Virus record (IMG/VR): IMGVR_UViG_3300036376_000018
Span: 1-30,992 of that record
DNA length: 30,992 nt
From: a virus
Lineage: Duplodnaviria; Caudoviricetes
Direction: 5' to 3' (one strand)
A program made the position numbers and the translations under genes. Below, one piece after another: positions 25,176 through 30,992 of the stretch (position 1 is the stretch's first letter; every line of letters starts with the position of its first letter). The notes below the pieces were generated by a model that was not told where the DNA came from, did not search any database, and worked only from the letters and a program-made list of their open reading frames with translations.

Positions 25176-27671
25176 ATGAGCAATAGAACAAGCGAACTGC
25201 CTTTAACCGTTAGCGTAGATGGAGAACATATACAGCACATTGTAAATGTGAATGAAGGACTTGACACTGAAAAAGATAAGAGAGTTAGTTTAGAAACACT
25301 TAAAAATTTTTACTTAGATGGTGTTCCGACTGATGCAAGTGTAAACGGTCAAATAAATACAGCTTTGTCCGGGTATGTAACTACTACATTTTATAATGCT
25401 AATAAACTGGTTGCCGGAAATGGTATTGTGATTAGTGGAAATGTTATAAGCGTTACAGGTGGTACAGGTTCAGTATCGGGTTCAACTTTTGATACGAGTT
25501 TAGATTATTATTTTACTGGCAGACATACACACTCAGAACCCCTGAAAATTCTCAGTCCGTTAAGTTTCATTGAAACAAGTTACACCTCTACGGGTGAAAC
25601 TTTTAGTTTGGGCTTTATGGATATTAGCCCAACAACCGGATTAGTAGGCAAAAGTGCGTATTTCGGTATAAATGAAGATGATAACGCTTTCTTAGAAATT
25701 GATGGTAAACAATTAATCTGGACGCAATCAGGTTACATTAATTTCAGTGGTGGTACAGGTTCATTAAGTGCTGTAACATGGTCTCAAATTACTAACAAGC
25801 CAACTACTATTAGTGGATATGGTATAACAGATGCTTATACTAAAAATGAAGTAAATAATCTTGTAGCGTATAGTGGTGGTACTGGAATTTCAGTAACAGG
25901 TAATACTATTAACCTTAATATTTCAGCAAATGACCCAGCCACAACTGGTATCTATCAGGGTATTGATGTAAATAATAATTTCGCTACAAATTTAGCTTTT
26001 GACAGCTTAACAGAAGAGAGTGCAGGAGGATTACAAGCAACTGACAATTTCGCTTTCACTCGTTCAGGATTGATAAGAAGATTTAGATACGCTTATCTTA
26101 GAAATCAACTTAATCAGCAAATACTACTTAATTATGTAGCATCCGGCAATACTGGAAACATACAAAGTACTGACAGTTTAAACACTGCATTGAATAAACT
26201 TCAAAATGCAATTGTAACAGGAAATACAGCATTATCAGGTTACGTAACTACAAACACAATTCAAACACTTCCATCAGGTGTAAAAAAATATTTTGATGGT
26301 AGTGCTTTTAATATTGAACTTGGAAGTGATATAGTAAGAATTAATGATAAATCACTTGCTGGTAGAAATGCAAGATTATTCAGTACACAATTATCATTTA
26401 ATCCTGCTACTGGTGCAACCTCACAGGATTGGAGTAATTTCTCTAATACTGGATTACAATTTTATAAGACAAACCAATCAAATTCATCTGTAAGTGGTGG
26501 TATTAATCTGACACCTGAAAATGTACTGAATTTACAATCCTCAGCAACTACTGTAACTGCTAATCTTACTCTACCTTTTGAAAATGGGACTCTGGCAACA
26601 AGAGAGTATGTACAAACAAGGATTTCAGGATTGACAGGTACAAGCTCATCAGTAAGTGCAGTAACTTGGTCACAAATTACTAATACACCAACTACATTAA
26701 GCGGTTACGGAATAACAAACGCTTATACTACTGGTCAAACTAATACATTATTAGCTGGTTATTCTTTGTCTTCTCATACTCATTCATTTAATCAAATTAC
26801 TAATAAACCAACTACTCTTAGTGGTTATGGAATTACTGATGCTTATACAACTGGTCAGACAATTAATTTATTAAATGGTTATTCATTAAGTAGTCACACA
26901 CATAGTTTAAGTCAATTAACTAATACTGGTCATACACATACTTGGAATCAAATTACTAATACACCAACTACTTTAAGTGGTTACGGTATAAGTGGTAGTA
27001 CTGTTTTGCGTACTCCTTCGCTAATTGACTTATATAACACACAAATATTCAGTGACGACCTTTTAACTTTTGTAAACTGGGAAACTGGGGGTAGCGGTAA
27101 TGGTAGAACATTAACAACTCAATCAGGTTATCAGGGAATTCACGTTTTGCAGACTGGTACAGGCACATCAGGAAGGGTTTATAGCAAGCTTAATAATAAC
27201 TTTTCTGCTAACAGTATTGTAATAGGTTCTAAGCGATTAGAACAACTGTATTCTTTCTATATTCCAGTATTAAGTACCTCAGCAAATACTTTTAGTGTCA
27301 GGGTTGGATTAATCAATACTGATGTTGCAGCCAGTACAAGCAGAGGAATTTTTGCTGAATATACTGATAACCAAAATAATGGTAACTGGAGAATTGGAGC
27401 TGGTTCTGGTAGTACTGTATATACTAATACATCACTTGTTGTAAGTGCTGCGACATGGTACACACTTTTACTTGATATTACAAGCAGTTTAGCAACTGTT
27501 ACACTTATTAACCAAACTACAAACGCAACAAGCACAACAAGCATAAATACAAACCTGCCAATCGGCACAACTTTAGCCGTACAACCTTATTTCGTTTTAG
27601 AAAAAAGTTCAGGCGGAAATAATATTGAACTATGGTGTGACCATTACGCACACAGGTTTAGTTTCGGATAA
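25176..27671 (+). CDS. Tail fibre / receptor-binding protein
   Basis: Four (W/F)xQITNxPTT(L/I)SGYGI repeats, HTH(S/T) repeats, beta-rich C-terminal head. Confidence 0.8.
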   Translation: MSNRTSELPLTVSVDGEHIQHIVNVNEGLDTEKDKRVSLETLKNFYLDGVPTDASVNGQINTALSGYVTTTFYNANKLVAGNGIVISGNVISVTGGTGSVSGSTFDTSLDYYFTGRHTHSEPLKILSPLSFIETSYTSTGETFSLGFMDISPTTGLVGKSAYFGINEDDNAFLEIDGKQLIWTQSGYINFSGGTGSLSAVTWSQITNKPTTISGYGITDAYTKNEVNNLVAYSGGTGISVTGNTINLNISANDPATTGIYQGIDVNNNFATNLAFDSLTEESAGGLQATDNFAFTRSGLIRRFRYAYLRNQLNQQILLNYVASGNTGNIQSTDSLNTALNKLQNAIVTGNTALSGYVTTNTIQTLPSGVKKYFDGSAFNIELGSDIVRINDKSLAGRNARLFSTQLSFNPATGATSQDWSNFSNTGLQFYKTNQSNSSVSGGINLTPENVLNLQSSATTVTANLTLPFENGTLATREYVQTRISGLTGTSSSVSAVTWSQITNTPTTLSGYGITNAYTTGQTNTLLAGYSLSSHTHSFNQITNKPTTLSGYGITDAYTTGQTINLLNGYSLSSHTHSLSQLTNTGHTHTWNQITNTPTTLSGYGISGSTVLRTPSLIDLYNTQIFSDDLLTFVNWETGGSGNGRTLTTQSGYQGIHVLQTGTGTSGRVYSKLNNNFSANSIVIGSKRLEQLYSFYIPVLSTSANTFSVRVGLINTDVAASTSRGIFAEYTDNQNNGNWRIGAGSGSTVYTNTSLVVSAATWYTLLLDITSSLATVTLINQTTNATSTTSINTNLPIGTTLAVQPYFVLEKSSGGNNIELWCDHYAHRFSFG
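26655..26990 (+). repeat. Tail-fibre internal repeats (three copies here, one more near 25770-25840)
   Basis: caaattactaat..accaactac..taag.ggtta.gg repeated, with synonymous divergence. Confidence 0.75.
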
Positions 27672-27673
27672 AA

Positions 27674-27722
27674 AGGTATTGATAAAATCACATGATTATC
27701 ATTTATGATTTTATCAGTACCT
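27674..27722 (+). terminator. Long hairpin after the tail fibre gene
   Basis: AGGTATTGATAAAATCA...TGATTTTATCAGTACCT; weak U tract. Confidence 0.5.
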
Positions 27723-27805
27723 AAATATTGTACTTTTTTGCTCCCGAATAGTAAGGAGCAACTAATAATCAAACACTTAAATAAAAAACATATAACAAAA
27801 CAAAT

Positions 27806-28114
27806 ATGAACGAATTAATAAATAAAATAAATGAACTGATATATCTGGATGTGATATTAGCAATAATCTTCAGTACCTATATAGCTATAAAATTGATACT
27901 CCCTAACAATATCAGTCAGAGAATGAAAATATTTACGACACTAATCATAGCATTTTGTTACTCTGTTCTGTTTTATCATTTTGCGAAGTATGAGATTGTA
28001 AGATTGTTAATCAGTTCGCTTTTGTCAGTTTCAGCTTATGATTATATACTGAAACCGCTTTTGAAAAAATTGCAGTTGCATTATACTGAAAATGACCCTG
28101 AATTAATAAAATAG
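27806..28114 (+). CDS. Holin-like protein (3 TM)
   Basis: 102 aa, three hydrophobic segments, charged C-terminus, located after the tail genes. Confidence 0.6.
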   Translation: MNELINKINELIYLDVILAIIFSTYIAIKLILPNNISQRMKIFTTLIIAFCYSVLFYHFAKYEIVRLLISSLLSVSAYDYILKPLLKKLQLHYTENDPELIK

Positions 28115-28224
28115 TGTCGGCTCATTTTTGAGCCGGTGATATTCAGAGAGTTATGTTTTGAAATAGCCAGGCTGAAAAATAAGCCACTTGATAGTCAGAG
28201 AGTTAATATATTTTATGGGTCTAC

Positions 28225-28554
28225 ATGATTGTAGAACCCTTTTTTCATGTGCTGAATGTATTTATTAGAAACACCTCAGCATTGGAAAATTACAACTTAG
28301 AATTTTGGAATAATCACGTCTTTAAAGCTCGAACCTGTAAGTTGGAAGGGTTTGCAGAGATTAGTTTGCTTGAAATTAAAGACATTATCCGGCTTATCAA
28401 ACTGATTAAGAAAGATAATTATTCAGAAGATTTGGATGAGGTGTTAATCATTCTTGAAGACTTAGTATTGATGATTAACAAGCAAAAATTAGAACTCAAT
28501 ATACTGAAAAATGAAGTGGCGGACTATTTATTAGAAAACATTTCAGTATCATGA
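28225..28554 (+). CDS. Hypothetical protein
   Basis: 109-aa ORF with ATGA overlap to the next gene. Confidence 0.4.
   Translation: MIVEPFFHVLNVFIRNTSALENYNLEFWNNHVFKARTCKLEGFAEISLLEIKDIIRLIKLIKKDNYSEDLDEVLIILEDLVLMINKQKLELNILKNEVADYLLENISVS
28523..28531 (+). promoter_or_regulatory. ACTATTTAT motif
   Basis: 19 nt before the ATG at 28551. Confidence 0.55.
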
Positions 28555-28949
28555 TACTTCTTCAAATTACACAAAATAGCACAATCGAACAATTATTTTT
28601 TTATTTGCTCATCGGGGCAATAGTAACTTTCATATCAATATTCATTCATAATTTTTTCAAGAGAAAAGAAAGCAAGGATGCAAAAGATACTGAACAAGAT
28701 AACAGGCTAATGGTATTAGAGTTAAAATTATCTGAGAATTTTCAAAAGGATGCTGAAAGAGAAAGCAAGAATGAAAAAAATTTTGAGAAAGAAATAAACG
28801 AGTTAGAAGCAAAAACTGAAAAAGAATTTTCTGAAATAAATAAGAGGTTAGATAAAATTGAAACAAATATGCTGACAATTTTGCAGGATACTTCCAGCGT
28901 GAAAACGTACTTACTCGAATTGCTTACTAACAGCATCAATAAAAAGTAA
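28551..28949 (+). CDS. Single-TM coiled-coil protein (possible lysis accessory)
   Basis: N-terminal TM, then a heptad-rich region. Confidence 0.55.
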   Translation: MILLQITQNSTIEQLFFYLLIGAIVTFISIFIHNFFKRKESKDAKDTEQDNRLMVLELKLSENFQKDAERESKNEKNFEKEINELEAKTEKEFSEINKRLDKIETNMLTILQDTSSVKTYLLELLTNSINKK

Positions 28950-29085
28950 TTATTAGACAATTACAAGAATGTATTTTGCAACTATCTGATAATGACCTCC
29001 CCAAAAATGGGGACATGGTAAAATTTCAAGATATTATTTATTGAATTTTTTTGCTGTAAGTAGTTCCAGCAAAAAATAAAAAGTA

Positions 29086-29112
29086 AAGGGTAAAATCATT
29101 GACTTTACCCTT
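29086..29112. terminator. Hairpin between convergent genes
   Basis: AAGGGTAAA...TTTACCCTT; a second hairpin TTTTTTGCTG...CAGCAAAAAA lies at 29047-29076. Confidence 0.55.
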
Positions 29113-29132
29113 ATGGATTTATCAGTATTGAT

Positions 29133-30992
29133 TTATTTACTCATATCATTCAAATTATTAAATAACTTATTAATAGTTTCATCTTCTTTTTTGTGCAAGT
29201 ATATTTCAGTAGTTCGGGGACTTGCGTGTCCAAGAAAAGTTTGAACGGTATAAACATCATTTTTTTCAATTAATGCTGATGCAATACTATGTCTTGTACT
29301 GTGTATTTTTATAAGTTCATACCTATAATACTCTTCATATACAACCTCAGTACCATATAGCTGTTTAACTGTTACTTTATTATCAAACCCACCAAACCAT
29401 TTAAAAAAACTTTTGATAAATGTGTTGTAAAATTTGTTTGTTGCTACTGGAGGTCTATAATTGTATTTTTCCAATATTTCAAGAGCTACACTATTGAGAG
29501 GTATATTTACATTTGACCGGGTTTTTTTCTGAATTAATGTCAGTATTTTTCTTATAGTACCATCTTCCATTTTCTTATCTATTATATTACTTTTTTTGAA
29601 AGCTAAGTAATCAGACCAACGTAAACCAGTATAAAAAAGGAATAATAATATATCTTTTATATGCTGATAAGTTTTAACAGGTTCAATATTAGGGTTTTCT
29701 ATTATTTTATCATACAGATTGTACTTACTTTGATGTATCGAAAAATAAGAGGGTTTTATACCTTTTTCTTCAAAAAACTTTATTCTTTCCTCCTTTGTTG
29801 GTAAATGGAAAAGAGTATAAACTTCCTGAAATGTTACCTTACCTCTTTGGTACTTTTCAAATAAACACATATCTACTGAAGGAGGTATATAATCATACAG
29901 TCTTTTAATTTCCTCTTCTGAAATAAATTCAATGTGTGCTTTTAACTCTTTGAATTTGTCAAACTTTTTTGTGTTTACTTTTGTGTCAGAATAGTTTAAA
30001 ATGCTAATCAATAATTGTAACTGACTATTTAACGTCTTATTATTTCTTCCTTTTTTGTCATTTATTTTTACCATGTAGGATTTTAAAGCGTCCCATGTTT
30101 TTTTATTAAATTTTTCAACTAATGATGAGTATTGAGGATTATCCTTAAAAAAACCTTTTACAGTCATTTCCATTTTCTTGTAATTGTACAATGTACCTTT
30201 TGTAATTAGGCGTGGGTTTTCTTCTATATAGTTTCTGATTTCTTCCAATATTGAATTTTTTGGTGGTTCTTCTTCTTTCTTTTCAATCTTCTTCACTCCT
30301 TTTTTTGCAGCGATAAAATTACCAAAGACTTTCATGTACTTTTTATCTACCAAGTCCTTTAATATATTTTTTTCAGGTTTAATATTATGGTTCTCTATAT
30401 AATCATCACAACATTCTTCAATATAATTAGCTATTACTGACAGTTTGTTGTTGATATTCTGATATGAAAATGCAAGTGTAGAATCAGACTTTTTCACTTT
30501 CTGAATATCAAAATCTTCTCTTTCCGCATCGAAGAAATCAGGATTGACAGAAATTTTTTGAATTGGGTAATATGAAAATTTTGGACTTGTATAATTGTAA
30601 TCAAAATACACATTACTCAATCCTTTGTTGTTTGGTTTTGTAAGTCTTACATGGACACTTGCTTTTTTTGTTCTGGAAGTTGATTGGTAGTTTTTCCGGT
30701 CATTCAGTAGTTTCTCTATACCCTTCTCCTGAATGAATCTATCTATTTGATGATTCAGTTCTTTTGTGTGTGTGCTTGCTGACAAGTTTGTCATTTTCAT
30801 CAACTGATGAATTTCCATGTCACGATAGGAATATTTTTTTAGTTCCTCCATAAACCTATCTTCCTTAGCGAAATCCATCATTTCAAGTTTCTTCTTAGCC
30901 TTATCCAGACTTATACACTTGAAAAAAAATGATTGGTGCTTGGGAGTGAGGACTTGGAAAATAAAATATTCAGGATATGTTTTTTCTTCCAT
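29133..30992 (-). CDS. int: Tyrosine recombinase / phage integrase
   Basis: YTGLRWSD, QKKT...V.IPL, HSTRHS, FLGH...TTEIY catalytic set; arm-binding-like and SAM-like regions upstream; the start lies at the window edge. Confidence 0.92.
   Translation of the reverse strand: MEEKTYPEYFIFQVLTPKHQSFFFKCISLDKAKKKLEMMDFAKEDRFMEELKKYSYRDMEIHQLMKMTNLSASTHTKELNHQIDRFIQEKGIEKLLNDRKNYQSTSRTKKASVHVRLTKPNNKGLSNVYFDYNYTSPKFSYYPIQKISVNPDFFDAEREDFDIQKVKKSDSTLAFSYQNINNKLSVIANYIEECCDDYIENHNIKPEKNILKDLVDKKYMKVFGNFIAAKKGVKKIEKKEEEPPKNSILEEIRNYIEENPRLITKGTLYNYKKMEMTVKGFFKDNPQYSSLVEKFNKKTWDALKSYMVKINDKKGRNNKTLNSQLQLLISILNYSDTKVNTKKFDKFKELKAHIEFISEEEIKRLYDYIPPSVDMCLFEKYQRGKVTFQEVYTLFHLPTKEERIKFFEEKGIKPSYFSIHQSKYNLYDKIIENPNIEPVKTYQHIKDILLFLFYTGLRWSDYLAFKKSNIIDKKMEDGTIRKILTLIQKKTRSNVNIPLNSVALEILEKYNYRPPVATNKFYNTFIKSFFKWFGGFDNKVTVKQLYGTEVVYEEYYRYELIKIHSTRHSIASALIEKNDVYTVQTFLGHASPRTTEIYLHKKEDETINKLFNNLNDMSK

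Larger units (their letters stand above)
1..30992. mobile_element. Temperate siphophage/prophage region (boundaries not visible)
   Basis: Complete head-tail module, an integrase, and one shared regulatory motif from 2483 to 28531. Confidence 0.8.

Noticed and set aside
25768-26990. Tail-fibre repeats as a diversity-generating retroelement TR/VR pair
   Set aside because: The differences are not adenine-specific, all copies are in frame within one gene, and there is no reverse transcriptase
28950-29132. tRNA fragment as att core
   Set aside because: No T-loop/CCA or cloverleaf sequence was seen
1-30992. Alternative genetic code
   Set aside because: The genes are full length and densely packed under the standard bacterial code

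Overview
An AT-rich temperate siphophage or prophage, probably of a Bacteroidota host (inferred from A-rich leaders without Shine-Dalgarno sites, a TAnnTTTG-like promoter, SprB-like repeats and the integrase type). Layout: 1-2424 (-) a Trp-repeat protein and a divergent family-A/T7-like polymerase; 2827-10554 accessory cargo including a Shedu (DUF4263) nuclease, a Schlafen/AlbA_2 protein and a secreted trypsin-like protease; 11231-28949 (+) a compact HK97-type head and non-contractile tail module with a -1 frameshifted tail chaperone and holin-like genes, but no recognisable endolysin; 29133-30992 (-) a tyrosine integrase. The most unusual signal is non-coding. A strand-oriented 9-mer, ACTATTTAT (16 copies found by eye), precedes nearly every phage transcription unit, including the polymerase gene. 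Three copies drive short motif-to-hairpin units, and two of these are antisense to the translation-start regions of nearby phage genes. Together this suggests a self-contained transcription system (candidate single-subunit RNA polymerase, its promoter, and trans-acting antisense sRNAs). All calls are from visual motif recognition; no searches were run.
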